32,000 nucleotides of DNA. It comes from Desulfobulbus propionicus DSM 2032. Lineage in GTDB: Bacteria; Desulfobacterota; Desulfobulbia; Desulfobulbales; Desulfobulbaceae. The stretch lies in the NCBI RefSeq assembly GCF_000186885.1, contig NC_014972.1, positions 2,190,001 through 2,222,000 of the forward strand, read 5' to 3'. The position numbers were made by a program, and so were the translations under genes. The first letter of the stretch is position 1; each line of letters opens with the position of its first letter. Below the pieces are notes generated by a model. It was not told the origin of the DNA. It did not search any database and was given only the letters and a program-made list of their open reading frames with translations. Shown in pieces: positions 19,941 through 30,157 of the stretch.

Positions 19941-20012
19941 ATTTTTCCGCTGCTCGTCCTACGAAGCGGCGATGGTTTTCACCAGCGACAGCCATCGCCG
20001 CTTCCCCCGAGG

Positions 20013-21092
20013 TCATGGCTTGTCAAACAATTTGCGGTACTGGCCGTAGCCCTCGGCTTCCAGTTTATCCTTGGGAATGAACCGCAGAGCAGCCGAATTG
20101 ATGCAGTAACGCTGCCCGGTCGGCGTCGGGCCGTCAGCAAAGACATGGCCGAGATGGGAATCGCCATCCTTGCTGCGCACCTCGGTGCGGGTCATGAAAT
20201 GACTCCTATCCTGCTTTTCGACAATGCCGGTCTTGTCGATGGGTTTGGTGAAACTGGGCCAGCCGGTGCCGGAGTCAAACTTGTCGATGGAACTGAACAA
20301 GGGCTCACCGCTGACCACATCGACATAAATCCCCTCTTCCTTGTTGTCCCAATAGGTGTTGTTGAACGGTGGTTCCGTGCCGTTGTTCTGGGTCACCTCG
20401 TATTGCAGGGGCGTCAGACGCTGTCTGAGGTCCTGCTGTTTGCCCCCTGACAGGGTATCCACGTTTTTCCAGGTTTTGTCCAGAAATTGGTCACGGCCGG
20501 AACCGGCCCGGTATCTCTTGTAGTGGAAGGGATTTTTCTTGTCGTAGTTCTGGTGGTACTCCTCAGCTGGATAGAAGCGTGGCGCCGGCAGGATGGGCGT
20601 GACGATCGGTTGAGGGAAGATATTGCTGGCCGCCAGCCGCTGCTTCGATGCCTCCGCCTCCTGCCGCTGCTCTTCCGAGAAATAAAAGATCGCCGTGCTG
20701 TAGGCATGGCCGCGATCAACAAATTGGCCTCCCGCATCGGTGGGGTCAATCTGCCGCCAGAAGATCTCAAGCAGCCGTTCGTAGGCAACCCGGCGCGGAT
20801 CGTAAACCACCTCCACCACCTCGATGTGGCCGCCGGCCGAGTAATTTTCATAGGTGGGATGGTCGGTGGTACCGCCGGCGTATCCGGATTGCACCGACAG
20901 CACGCCATCGACTTGGGTGAACGGCGGCGCCACACACCAAAAGCAGCCGCCGGCAAACAGGGCCCGCTGCGCCCCCTCGGTCTCCAGCCCTGTACTGGCC
21001 TGGGGAGCGCCGCCGTTGAGCGGATCAACAGCGAACATCATGCCTGCGGCGAAAACAAAGAACCATCGGGACACACGGTGAAACGGATACAT
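20013..21092 (-). CDS. Secreted bifunctional methionine sulfoxide reductase MsrA-MsrB
   Basis: 359 aa; N-terminal hydrophobic signal, MsrA GGCFWC and YSGG-like SGYAGG, Msr[25 protein letters not shown]. Confidence 0.93.
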   Translation of the reverse strand: MYPFHRVSRWFFVFAAGMMFAVDPLNGGAPQASTGLETEGAQRALFAGGCFWCVAPPFTQVDGVLSVQSGYAGGTTDHPTYENYSAGGHIEVVEVVYDPRRVAYERLLEIFWRQIDPTDAGGQFVDRGHAYSTAIFYFSEEQRQEAEASKQRLAASNIFPQPIVTPILPAPRFYPAEEYHQNYDKKNPFHYKRYRAGSGRDQFLDKTWKNVDTLSGGKQQDLRQRLTPLQYEVTQNNGTEPPFNNTYWDNKEEGIYVDVVSGEPLFSSIDKFDSGTGWPSFTKPIDKTGIVEKQDRSHFMTRTEVRSKDGDSHLGHVFADGPTPTGQRYCINSAALRFIPKDKLEAEGYGQYRKLFDKP

Positions 21093-21222
21093 GGCGCGAC
21101 CTCCCCTCCTCTGGCTTAATTTAAGAATGAATATTATCCATTATCATAAGACCGTTTTCCGGAGTTGTCAGGGCATCATTTGTCTCGCATTTTCTCCCCT
21201 CCATGCGGTGGAGAGAACGGCG

Positions 21223-21264
21223 ATAAAAAACCCCCTGTCTGCTGATGCGAGCAGACAGGGGGTT
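21223..21264 (-). terminator. Intrinsic terminator of the carboxypeptidase gene
   Basis: 15-bp perfect stem AACCCCCTGTCTGCT/AGCAGACAGGGGGTT followed on the minus strand by a T-run. Confidence 0.85.
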
Positions 21265-21290
21265 GGGCAGTGGATGCGTTGTGTTTCGGA

Positions 21291-22415
21291 TTAGTCGCGG
21301 CTTTTGTATTTGGTGCGGACACCACCTGAACGCCGTTTCATGAGAAAACCGGCAAGGACGAAAACGCCGAGGAACACCAGAAAACCTGCACCCAGACCGA
21401 TGAAAAAAATGCCCCAGCCGTTTTTTCCAGCCTTGGCCGGTGGGGCTGCCTCGCCTTTTCCTTCCGTGGTGGAACCAGCTGTCCCTTGGGTGGTTGTACC
21501 CGAGGTGTCAAAAGTAACGGGTGCTTGCGGCGGCGCAGTCACGGCGCTCTGCGGCGGAGCGGCCGCCGTTTCAGGCTTGGGCGGCACGATGGCAAACCCC
21601 TTGGCCAGCAACTCCACGGCCTTGGCATCACGCACCTTGCGATCCTTGCTGCCCATGACCAGGGTGATGATCCGTACCCCCCCTTTCTTGGCGGTGGCGG
21701 CAATGGAAAAACCGGCCGCCTGATAGTAACCGGTCTTGAATCCGTCGCAGCCGGGCACCTGGGTGAGCAGCTTGTTGTGGTTGCGCATGATGAACTTGTC
21801 TTCGCGGAAGCCCCGGGTCTGGGTGCCGGTGTATTTCAGCGCCTCGGGCCGCTTAGCCAGTTCCCGACAGAGGATGGCCAAGTCGCGGGCCGTGGTCACA
21901 TCCGGTTCCTGGCCTTCCGACGGCGGCAGGCCGTGAACTGAGTGAAACACGGAATGCTTCATGCCCAGAGCCTGGGCCTTCTGGTTCATCAGGGCGACAA
22001 ACCCTTCCTTGGACCCCGCGATATGGGTGGCCAACGCGACCGCCGCATCATTGGCCGATTGCACCATCAGGGCGTAGATCAGCTCCTCCACCGAAAACTG
22101 TTCCTTGGGGTCAAGGTACACCTGGGAACCGCCGGTTTTCGAGGCCTCAACGGTCACCGGCACCATCTCGTCCAATTTCAGCGCCCCCTGCTCGATGCGA
22201 TCAAGGATGACGTAGAGGTCCATCAACTTAAGCACGCTGGCCGGATACACCTTGACATCGGCATTGGATTCGAACAGCACTTTGCCGCTGTCGGCCTCGA
22301 TCACCAGGGCGGAAACATAGGGGTCCTGGGAAATGACGGCGAGCGGGGTGCGCGCGGCCCGGACTGACGGGGCCATGAGCAGCAGAACAAGGGCACAGAG
22401 GATCAAACGCTTCAT
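21291..22415 (-). CDS. D-alanyl-D-alanine carboxypeptidase (DacA/PBP5 family)
   Basis: 374 aa; signal peptide, YPASVLKLM (SxxK), SANDAAVALA (SxN), DGFKTGYYQAAGF (KTG), C-terminal transmembrane helix. Confidence 0.93.
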   Translation of the reverse strand: MKRLILCALVLLLMAPSVRAARTPLAVISQDPYVSALVIEADSGKVLFESNADVKVYPASVLKLMDLYVILDRIEQGALKLDEMVPVTVEASKTGGSQVYLDPKEQFSVEELIYALMVQSANDAAVALATHIAGSKEGFVALMNQKAQALGMKHSVFHSVHGLPPSEGQEPDVTTARDLAILCRELAKRPEALKYTGTQTRGFREDKFIMRNHNKLLTQVPGCDGFKTGYYQAAGFSIAATAKKGGVRIITLVMGSKDRKVRDAKAVELLAKGFAIVPPKPETAAAPPQSAVTAPPQAPVTFDTSGTTTQGTAGSTTEGKGEAAPPAKAGKNGWGIFFIGLGAGFLVFLGVFVLAGFLMKRRSGGVRTKYKSRD

Positions 22416-22776
22416 AATGCTTTCTCAGCTCCTGATCATTCGGCGCCTCACGTACGGACGGCAGCCGGGAAATTCCGGGACACAGCAACCAAGACAAAAG
22501 AACGAACAGGATGGGTGCGCACCATCAAGCCTTCTCTTCCCGTGATCCTGCGAAACGATGTACAAGCGGCCGCGAACCCTCGTGCATGCACGAAAACCAC
22601 CGCCACCATGGTGACGATTACTTACTGTCGAAGCGCTTGACTGTCAAACATTTCTTCCCCCTGCCCCGGAAAACCGCGCCTGTCCGTATTCAAAGAGCTC
22701 AACAATATCGGATCGTTGTCACGGATAGGGAGGGGAAAGACTTGCCCCGGCCGGATGATTGCGGTATGGTGGCCGC

Positions 22777-22925
22777 CTATTCTCAGGGCAGGGTGCAATT
22801 CCCTACCGGCGGTATGTCCACCCTGTGGACGAGCCCGCGAGCGCCTGCCGCGTTTGGGCAGGGTCAAGCAGATCCGGTGAGAAGCCGGAGCCGACGGTGA
22901 TAGTCCGGATGGGAGAGAATGAGGT
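22777..22925 (+). promoter_or_regulatory. FMN riboswitch (RFN element)
   Basis: TTCTCAGGGCAGGGTGCAATTCCCTACCGGCGGTATG...GAGCCCGCGAGCGCC...CAGATCCGGTGAGAAGCCGGAGCCGACGGTGATAGTCCGGATGGGAGAGAATGAG; upstream of ribB. Confidence 0.96.
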
Positions 22926-23110
22926 TAACGGTGGAAGACCGTGCCGCCGAACGGAAGGCAGCGAGGCATGCAGGGGATGGTTTGCCCGGCGTGTTCGAGT
23001 GCCGTCTTTCCGGCGCGGCAGGGCTTGTCCGCCCAAGACCGAAAAACCGGCATGGGGCCGGTTGTTCCCGCATGCCCTGATTCTGGTCACTGATTGTTCA
23101 GGAGGAAACC

Positions 23111-23773
23111 ATGAATCAGACCCACGATATTTCGCTTTTATCTCGCTTCGGCACATCCCAGCAACGAGTGCACAAGGCACTGACCGCGCTCAATCACGGA
23201 CACGGCGTCCTTCTGGTCGACGACGAGGACCGGGAGAACGAAGGCGATCTCATCTTTGCCGCCGAACACCTGACTACCGCCCAGATGGCCCTGCTCATCC
23301 GCGAATGCAGCGGTATCGTCTGTCTCTGTCTGACCGATGAACGCATCCGCCGACTGGAATTACCGATGATGGTCAACCACAACACCAGCAAGAACGGTAC
23401 CGCCTTTACCGTGACCATCGAGGCCCGCGAGGGGGTAACCACCGGCGTTTCCGCCCAGGATCGGGTCACCACCATCCGGACCGCCATCGCCCCCGAGGCA
23501 CGGCCAACGGATCTGTCCCATCCCGGCCATGTGTTTCCCCTGCGGGCTCAGCCGGGCGGCGTGCTCACCCGGCGCGGCCATACCGAAGGCACGGTCGACC
23601 TGATGCTGCTGGCCGGTTTGCAACCGGCCGGGGTGCTGTGCGAGCTGACCAATCCGGACGGGACCATGGCCCGCTTGCCGGAAGTCGTGACCTTTGCCGA
23701 GCGGCATGGCATGCCGGTGCTGTCCATCGAGGATCTGGTCGCCTACCGTCAGACCCACCTCGCCGCCGCCTGA
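23111..23773 (+). CDS. ribB: 3,4-dihydroxy-2-butanone 4-phosphate synthase
   Basis: 220 aa; [56 protein letters not shown]; RBS AGGAGG. Confidence 0.94.
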   Translation: MNQTHDISLLSRFGTSQQRVHKALTALNHGHGVLLVDDEDRENEGDLIFAAEHLTTAQMALLIRECSGIVCLCLTDERIRRLELPMMVNHNTSKNGTAFTVTIEAREGVTTGVSAQDRVTTIRTAIAPEARPTDLSHPGHVFPLRAQPGGVLTRRGHTEGTVDLMLLAGLQPAGVLCELTNPDGTMARLPEVVTFAERHGMPVLSIEDLVAYRQTHLAAA

Positions 23774-23878
23774 GCCTTTCGCCGCGACGCGCATCCCACG
23801 ACACCCGACATGCGGCATTCCCGGGCAATCCGGGCGTTGCATGTCGGGTCACCACCAATCTGCCACAAACGGCCACTC

Positions 23879-25327
23879 TCAAGGCGCTGGATGTTCGAGC
23901 AGGGTCAACAGTCGCTGATGAATGTTGTCAAATCCGCCGTTGGACAGGATGACCACCACGTCACCGGGTTGGCACTGGCGGGCCAGGGCGTCGAGAATGG
24001 CCTCGGTATCCGTATAGGCATGGGCCTGGATGCCCCGCAACGCAAGGTCGGCGGCCAACTGGCCAGAGGAAAACTGCTCGCTGATCGGGACCGTCTCCAG
24101 CGGCACATGCTCGCGAATCAACACCTGATCGGCCGAGCCGAAGACCGTGGCATAATCCTGTTGAAACACCGCCCGGCGGCTGGAATTGGTGCGTGGCTCG
24201 AAGACCACCACCAACCGGGTGTCCGGCCAGGCCAACCGCAGGGCCTGCAAGGTTTCGCGCACTGCAGTCGGATGGTGGGCAAAATCGTCGACCACGGTGA
24301 TCCCCCGCACCACCCCGCGCACCTGCTGCCGTCGCTTGACCCCCTCAAACGAGGCCAATCCCTGGACAATGGTCTCGAAGGCAAATCCCAGATGACTGAG
24401 CAGGGCAATCACCGCCAGGGCGTTGAGACAGTTGTGCACTCCCGGCATGGGCAGGCGGCAGCGGCCCAGTGGTTGCCCACGATGCACCACGGTGAACTCG
24501 CTGGCCAGACCCCGCACTTGGAGATCCACCACCCGCCATTCGCAGCCGCTGCCCCTGCCGTAGCCGATCACCGGACAGAGGGCCACCTTGGCGAGTTCCG
24601 CCACCACTGGGTCGTCGAGATGGGCCACCAGGGCGCCTTGCGGCGGAATACGGCCGATAAACTCGGCAAAGGAGGCCTTGATGGCCGCAAGATCGGCAAA
24701 AATGTCGGCATGATCGAATTCCACCGAGGTGAGGATGGTGCAATGCGGGCGATAATGCTGAAATTTTGACACCTTGTTGAAAAAGGCGGTGTCGTACTCG
24801 TCCCCCTCGACCACGAAGTAGGGGCCGTCGCTGACGTTTGCGTTGCGGCCAAAGGCCTCGACCAGGCCGCCGATCATGAATCCAGGGGTGGCACCGATAC
24901 GGTGCAAGGTGGTGGCCAGGAGGGAGGAAGTGGTGGTTTTGCCATGGGTGCCCGCCACCACCAAGGATTGCTTGCCCTCGAGAAAGAAATGGCCCAGGGC
25001 CTGGGGCATGGACAGGTAGGGGATGCGCAGCCGCGCCAGTTCGATGGCCTCGGGATTGGTGATCCGCACCACGTTGCCGACGATCACCAGATCGGGTCGG
25101 CCGGTCAGGTTGGCGGCTGCATAGCCGGCCATGACCTCGATGCCCAGATCAGCGAGAAAATCGGACATCGGCGGATAGACGTTCTGATCCGAACCGGTGA
25201 CAGTGAATCCCTTCTGGAGCAGCATGGCCGCCATGGCCGCCATGCCGGTGCCACAGATACCGATCAGGTGGATATGCTTGGGATTGGCGGGTGCCGCGTT
25301 CAGGGCCGGGTCAAGTAAGCCGCTCAT
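23879..25327 (-). CDS. mpl: UDP-N-acetylmuramate:L-alanyl-gamma-D-glutamyl-meso-diaminopimelate ligase (Mpl)
   Basis: 482 aa Mur ligase; HLIGICGTGMAAMAAMLLQKGFTVTGSD, VVAGTHGKTTTSSLLA, FEGVKRRQQVRG, DDFAHHPTAVRETL. Confidence 0.9.
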   Translation of the reverse strand: MSGLLDPALNAAPANPKHIHLIGICGTGMAAMAAMLLQKGFTVTGSDQNVYPPMSDFLADLGIEVMAGYAAANLTGRPDLVIVGNVVRITNPEAIELARLRIPYLSMPQALGHFFLEGKQSLVVAGTHGKTTTSSLLATTLHRIGATPGFMIGGLVEAFGRNANVSDGPYFVVEGDEYDTAFFNKVSKFQHYRPHCTILTSVEFDHADIFADLAAIKASFAEFIGRIPPQGALVAHLDDPVVAELAKVALCPVIGYGRGSGCEWRVVDLQVRGLASEFTVVHRGQPLGRCRLPMPGVHNCLNALAVIALLSHLGFAFETIVQGLASFEGVKRRQQVRGVVRGITVVDDFAHHPTAVRETLQALRLAWPDTRLVVVFEPRTNSSRRAVFQQDYATVFGSADQVLIREHVPLETVPISEQFSSGQLAADLALRGIQAHAYTDTEAILDALARQCQPGDVVVILSNGGFDNIHQRLLTLLEHPAP

Positions 25328-25506
25328 CGGGGGCGCACCGTCCGCTCGATGGCTCGATAGATCCGCTCAAAGGTGTCATCAAAGGAAGAAGGGGTCAGGC
25401 GTCCCACTTCAATGAACTTGACCACGATTTCCTTGGCCACTTTGAAGATGGCCTCGTCGCTGATCTCCCCACGGCTCTGCTGCCTGTTTTTGTCGTCATT
25501 CCCCAC
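25324..25506 (-). CDS. Small 60-aa conserved-looking hypothetical, translationally overlapped with mpl
   Basis: GTG start at 25506 behind AAAGGTG; MGNDDKNRQQSRGEISDEAIFKVAKEIVVKFIEVGRLTPSSFDDTFERIYRAIERTVRPR; 4-bp overlap with the mpl start. Confidence 0.6.
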   Translation of the reverse strand: MGNDDKNRQQSRGEISDEAIFKVAKEIVVKFIEVGRLTPSSFDDTFERIYRAIERTVRPR

Positions 25507-25533
25507 GGTTACACCTTTGGTTCTAGGGACAAT

Positions 25534-25587
25534 AAAAAAACCCCTGTTACAGGAAGAAGGCCAATTCTTTACCAAGTGCAACAGGGG
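25534..25587 (-). terminator. Terminator-like long-loop hairpin with T7 on the minus strand
   Basis: AACAGGGG (25580-25587) complementary to CCCCTGTT (25541-25548), then A-tract 25534-25540 (T-run on the minus strand). Confidence 0.5.
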
Positions 25588-25690
25588 AGAACCACGCTCA
25601 CACGGAAAAAACCTCGCCAGCATTCCCCGGGAGGCCATGGTTTTTCTCAACGCAACAGGGGCAGGCCGCAACCGCCCCTCCTTGATCTTT

Positions 25691-26290
25691 TTAGTTTTTT
25701 TCCAGGGTCAAAAAATCGATCGCCTCGCCGTAGGCGAGCAGATCTTCGCGGGCCACCTGACGACCTTTGATGGTCACCACAAATCGGGACGCCACCACCA
25801 CGTACAGTTCTCCTGTCTTTTTGGCGCTGTCGTATTTGATGATTGCCCTTTGACCGTTGAGGGTTTCCAGCTTACCGCCACCGGCGCCGGCAAACATGGG
25901 ATTGTTGACCATCATCAGCACCGACTGCAACACCGGTGAATCGGAGACGATCTCCACACTGAGACTTGCGGCTCCCTTTTTATAATCGCGGCTGACCGTG
26001 ACACCGCCGCCGAGAATGGCGGCGCCCAAAGCCTGGGCAGTCGCTTCCTTGCCTTCCCAGCCGGACAGGGGTTCGGGCAGCAGGGCCTTCATCCGTTCGC
26101 TCTTCTGCTGACGGACCAGTTGGGCGGCATAGTCGAGATTGGACGCGGCGCCGGTATAGTCACCGGCCTCATACTGTCGGGTCGCTTCCCGGATGGTGCT
26201 GAGCACGTTGTCCTCGGCCCGCAACGGCAGGGAACCGAGAACCATCGTCACAACAAGGGCAACGATCCGTATCAGGATTTTTTCGAACAT
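25691..26290 (-). CDS. Hypothetical exported protein
   Basis: 199 aa with N-terminal signal peptide MFEKILIRIVALVVTMVLGSLPLRAED; open frame without strong family motifs. Confidence 0.75.
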   Translation of the reverse strand: MFEKILIRIVALVVTMVLGSLPLRAEDNVLSTIREATRQYEAGDYTGAASNLDYAAQLVRQQKSERMKALLPEPLSGWEGKEATAQALGAAILGGGVTVSRDYKKGAASLSVEIVSDSPVLQSVLMMVNNPMFAGAGGGKLETLNGQRAIIKYDSAKKTGELYVVVASRFVVTIKGRQVAREDLLAYGEAIDFLTLEKN

Positions 26291-26598
26291 GGGTCTCCAA
26301 ACAGTGACGCGGGGGCGAAAAATTCTGCTCTGTGATACCAGGAGGCGCTGGAGGTGTCAAGCAAAGATCAGGTCTCGCGCCTGTGGGCAATACCGACAAA
26401 CCACACCATAAATCGGCCAATTAGCACAAGACGCTTTCCACACTGTCGATGGGAAAATGCCCCTCACCACCGGCCCTTCCTTGCCGCCGTCCAGATCCAC
26501 AGCCTGCGACCCGCAGGCTTGACAAGCGGGACGATCTTTCCTTAAGTGCGAGCAGACTACCTCCCTCCCCTGATGTTCTTTTCCAACAGGAGACCGCC

Positions 26599-27069
26599 AT
26601 GGGTCTGGAAATCGAGCGTAAATTCCTTCTTGCCAACGACGGCTGGCGCGGCTTGGCCAAGGGTGTCGCCTATCGCCAGGGATATCTCTGCGCCAGCAAA
26701 GAGCGATCAGTACGGGTGCGAATCGCCGGCGACCAGGGTTTTCTCACCATCAAGGGCGCCACTGTGGTGGCGACCCGCAGGGAATACGAGTATCAGATTC
26801 CCCTGGCCGATGCCCACGCCATGCTCGACGATCTGTGCCCGCAGCCGCAGATCGAAAAAAAGCGCTACTCCATCCCTTATCAGGGGTTTGTGTGGGAGGT
26901 TGACGAATTTTTCGGTCTCAACCACGGGCTGATTGTGGCCGAGATTGAACTGGACCGAGAAGATCAACCGTTTGCCCGTCCGGAGTGGATCGGTCAGGAG
27001 GTCACCGGCGATAGCCGTTACGCCAATGCCGCGCTCTGCCTCCACCCCTATTCCACCTGGAGCAGGTAA
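26599..27069 (+). CDS. CYTH domain protein (class IV adenylate cyclase/triphosphatase-like)
   Basis: 156 aa; begins MGLEIERKFLL (ExExK), RVRI, LTIKG, EYEYQIP, WEVDEF. Confidence 0.92.
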   Translation: MGLEIERKFLLANDGWRGLAKGVAYRQGYLCASKERSVRVRIAGDQGFLTIKGATVVATRREYEYQIPLADAHAMLDDLCPQPQIEKKRYSIPYQGFVWEVDEFFGLNHGLIVAEIELDREDQPFARPEWIGQEVTGDSRYANAALCLHPYSTWSR

Positions 27070-27274
27070 TGCCTCGTCCTCGGGTGGGCGGAGACGCTCC
27101 ACTTGACCGCTTCTCTTACCAATCAGTAACTATTAAGGGAAATTCTTTTGTCAGAAATATTCTTATTTGATATTGACATGCACTCCCGCTTTTGGTTAGC
27201 TTAGCCGCACAATGATTGCCCCTCGACAATTTGGCCCGCACCATGATCGTCAATTCCACAGAGAGGAGGTTCCG

Positions 27275-28738
27275 ATGCAACAGGACAAAAAAAAGCTGAC
27301 CACCAACGCCGGCGCTCCGGTTCCCGACAATCAAAACGTCCTCACCGCTGGACCGCGCGGTCCGCAGCTGCTGCAGGACGTCTGGTTCCTGGAGAAACTG
27401 GCCCATTTCGACCGTGAGGTCATTCCGGAGCGGCGCATGCACGCCAAGGGCTCCGGAGCCTATGGCACCTTCACCGTCACCCACGACATCACCCAATACT
27501 CCCGCGCCAAGATTTTTTCTCAAATCGGCAAGAAAACTGACCTATTTCTCCGTTTTTCGACCGTGGCCGGCGAGCGTGGCGCGGCCGACGCTGAACGCGA
27601 CATCCGCGGCTTTGCCGTCAAATTCTATACCGAGGAGGGTAACTGGGATCTAGTGGGCAACAACACCCCGGTCTTCTTCCTCCGCGATCCGCTCAAATTC
27701 CCGGACCTCAACCATGCGGTCAAGCGCGACCCGCGCACCAACCTGCGCAGCGCCAAGAACAACTGGGATTTCTGGACCTCCCTGCCCGAGGCCCTGCACC
27801 AGGTGACCGTGGTCATGAGCGACCGGGGCATTCCCGCCACCTACCGCCACATGCACGGGTTCGGCAGCCACACCTTCAGCTTCATCAACGCCAAAAATGA
27901 ACGCTACTGGTGCAAGTTCCATTTCAAATCGCAGCAGGGGATCAAAAACCTCACCGATGCCGAGGCCGAGACCCTGATCGGCCAGTGCCGCGAGAGTCAT
28001 CAGCGCGACCTGTACGATGCCATCGAAAAGGGCGACTTCCCCCGCTGGACCATGTATGTCCAGGTGATGACCGAAGAGCAGGCCGCCAAACTGCCCTATC
28101 ACCCCTTTGACCTGACCAAGGTCTGGTACCATTCCGACGCACCGTTGATCGAGGTCGGCGTGCTGGAACTCAACCGCAACCCGGACAACTACTTTGCCGA
28201 GGTCGAGCAGGCCGCCTTCAACCCAGCCAACGTGGTGCCCGGCATCAGTTTTTCGCCGGATAAGATGCTCCAGGGGCGGCTCTTCTCCTATGGCGACGCC
28301 CAGCGCTACCGTCTCGGGGTCAATCACCACCTCATCCCGGTCAATAGGGCCCGCTGCCCGTTCCACAGCTACCATCGTGACGGCATGATGCGGGTGGACG
28401 GCAACCATGGTTCCACCATCGGCTACGAGCCCAACAGCTACGGCGAGTGGCAGGAGCAGCCCGATTTTTCCGAACCGCCGCTGGCCTTGAGCGGTGCCGC
28501 CGCGCACTGGAACGCCCGCGAGGATGACAGCGACTACTTCACCCAGCCGGGCAAGCTCTTCCGCCTGATGACCAAGGAGCAGCAGGAGGCCCTGTTCGGC
28601 AACACCGCCCGCGCCATGGGTGACGCGCCCAGGGAAATCAAGATCCGCCATATCGGGAACTGCCACAAGGCCGACCCGGAGTACGGCAAGGGCGTGGCCG
28701 CGGCTCTGGGCATTCCGATGAGTGACGTCCCGGTCTAA
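27275..28738 (+). CDS. katA: Monofunctional haem catalase
   Basis: 487 aa; [87 protein letters not shown]; RBS GAGGAGG. Confidence 0.96.
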   Translation: MQQDKKKLTTNAGAPVPDNQNVLTAGPRGPQLLQDVWFLEKLAHFDREVIPERRMHAKGSGAYGTFTVTHDITQYSRAKIFSQIGKKTDLFLRFSTVAGERGAADAERDIRGFAVKFYTEEGNWDLVGNNTPVFFLRDPLKFPDLNHAVKRDPRTNLRSAKNNWDFWTSLPEALHQVTVVMSDRGIPATYRHMHGFGSHTFSFINAKNERYWCKFHFKSQQGIKNLTDAEAETLIGQCRESHQRDLYDAIEKGDFPRWTMYVQVMTEEQAAKLPYHPFDLTKVWYHSDAPLIEVGVLELNRNPDNYFAEVEQAAFNPANVVPGISFSPDKMLQGRLFSYGDAQRYRLGVNHHLIPVNRARCPFHSYHRDGMMRVDGNHGSTIGYEPNSYGEWQEQPDFSEPPLALSGAAAHWNAREDDSDYFTQPGKLFRLMTKEQQEALFGNTARAMGDAPREIKIRHIGNCHKADPEYGKGVAAALGIPMSDVPV

Positions 28739-28886
28739 CCATCATTCCCCCAACAGAGAACGCACGGGCGGACGCGGAGTTTTTCCGCTCCGCCCGTTGG
28801 TTATTGTCGACGGGGTGGTGTTCGGGTGCTATACAACACACCATTCCCCTTTTTTCTTTTTTCTTAACCACGTAAAGGTGAACGCC

Positions 28887-29390
28887 ATGCATGACAACAG
28901 CATCAAACTGCTCAATCAGGCGGTGAGCGAAGAGATCGCCGCCCTCCACCAGTACATGTATTTTCATTTTCATTGCGACGATCAAGGCTACGACCTTCTG
29001 GCCGGCCTGTTCAAGCGGACAGCCATCGAGGAAATGCTCCATGTGGAGCGGCTGGCCGAACGCATCCTCTTCCTTGGCGGCGACGTGGTGATGAAAGCTT
29101 CGGACGAGGTAAAGCCGGTCCAGGACGTCAACGAAATGCTGGTCATGGCTCGGCAGATGGAACTGGAAAGCGCCGAGCATTACAATCTCTGGGCCAACGA
29201 ATGCGGCGCCGGCGCCGACAGCGTGTCCAAAAAGATCTTTGAAGATCTGGTGGTCGACGAGGAGCGCCATTACGACCAGTATGACGTGGAGTTGGGCAAC
29301 ATGAAGAAATTCGGCGCCAATTACCTGGCCCTGCAGTCGATCGAACGCAGCAAAACCCGCGCTCAAATGCAGCCGGCGGCCGGCGAATAA
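28887..29390 (+). CDS. Bacterioferritin/ferritin-like diiron protein
   Basis: 167 aa; LNQAVSEEIAALHQYMYFHFHC, EEMLHVERLAERILFLGG, VVDEERHYDQYD. Confidence 0.88.
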   Translation: MHDNSIKLLNQAVSEEIAALHQYMYFHFHCDDQGYDLLAGLFKRTAIEEMLHVERLAERILFLGGDVVMKASDEVKPVQDVNEMLVMARQMELESAEHYNLWANECGAGADSVSKKIFEDLVVDEERHYDQYDVELGNMKKFGANYLALQSIERSKTRAQMQPAAGE

Positions 29391-29419
29391 GCAACGCGCA
29401 ACGAGAAAAATCTTGTGAC

Positions 29420-29460
29420 AAAAAACTCGCCCCGACACGGATCGGCGGCGAGTTTTTTTT
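29420..29460. terminator. Bidirectional intrinsic terminator between ferritin-like gene and convergent hypothetical ORF
   Basis: AAAAAACTCGCCCCGA-cacgga-TCGGcGGCGAGTTTTTTTT. Confidence 0.85.
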
Positions 29461-29514
29461 GTAGACACTCCCCGGTTCCGCCGGGGGGGAAGCCATTGAG
29501 ACCAGCAGTGCCGA

Positions 29515-29928
29515 TTAACGGCCCACGGCTGCCGCGTAGGCATCCTCGATCCGCGCTTCCACATAGCTGAGCGCCTCGGCGGTACAAGCCTCCAGATCAA
29601 AACAGAGGGCATCCTGGCCAAGCAGGCCGCCGGGTACAAAGGCGCCACGCTCCTCCGGATCCCGTACCATGTCGCCGAAAAAACAGACCGACAGCCACCT
29701 CGGCTGGTCCTCGATCACGTCGACCATGACAAACAGGGGCCGTTCCTGGCCAGGGACCGAGGCCCGAAGGGAATAGGTCACCCCGGGACGGGGATGAAAC
29801 GCGAGCTGGACGTCCTTCTTGCTCATCAACAGCTCCTGCAACCGAACAAATCCCTGTCTGTTTCCTTCCGGGGTTGCCGCCCAGGCTTCAACAAAGGCGT
29901 TGACCGCCTGCCGTGTTTCGTCCATCAT
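29515..29928 (-). CDS. Hypothetical cytoplasmic protein
   Basis: 137-aa ORF; strong RBS GGGGAGGA upstream of ATG; no recognised family. Confidence 0.7.
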   Translation of the reverse strand: MMDETRQAVNAFVEAWAATPEGNRQGFVRLQELLMSKKDVQLAFHPRPGVTYSLRASVPGQERPLFVMVDVIEDQPRWLSVCFFGDMVRDPEERGAFVPGGLLGQDALCFDLEACTAEALSYVEARIEDAYAAAVGR

Positions 29929-30157
29929 CGTTCCTCCCCACCGCCGACCGGTTGACCGGTTGACCGCTCAGCAGCTCATTTGCGTTCAAAAAAGATGTGC
30001 CTTCCTGGATTTTTCCTGTATCCATGGTAGGTTGATATATACCTGAATACCGTCGTGTACCACAAAAAAATGCGCCGGCCGCCATTTCCGCATGGTCCTG
30101 TCCATCAGGGAATACAGGACATTGCTGCAACCTAAAACCGTCACAGAGGAGAGATTC

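Noticed and set aside
22622-22867. 81-aa minus-strand ORF in the gap before ribB
   Set aside because: Overlaps the FMN riboswitch in antisense and shows no protein-like motifs.
27650-28666. 338-aa minus-strand open frame
   Set aside because: Antisense to the catalase coding region.
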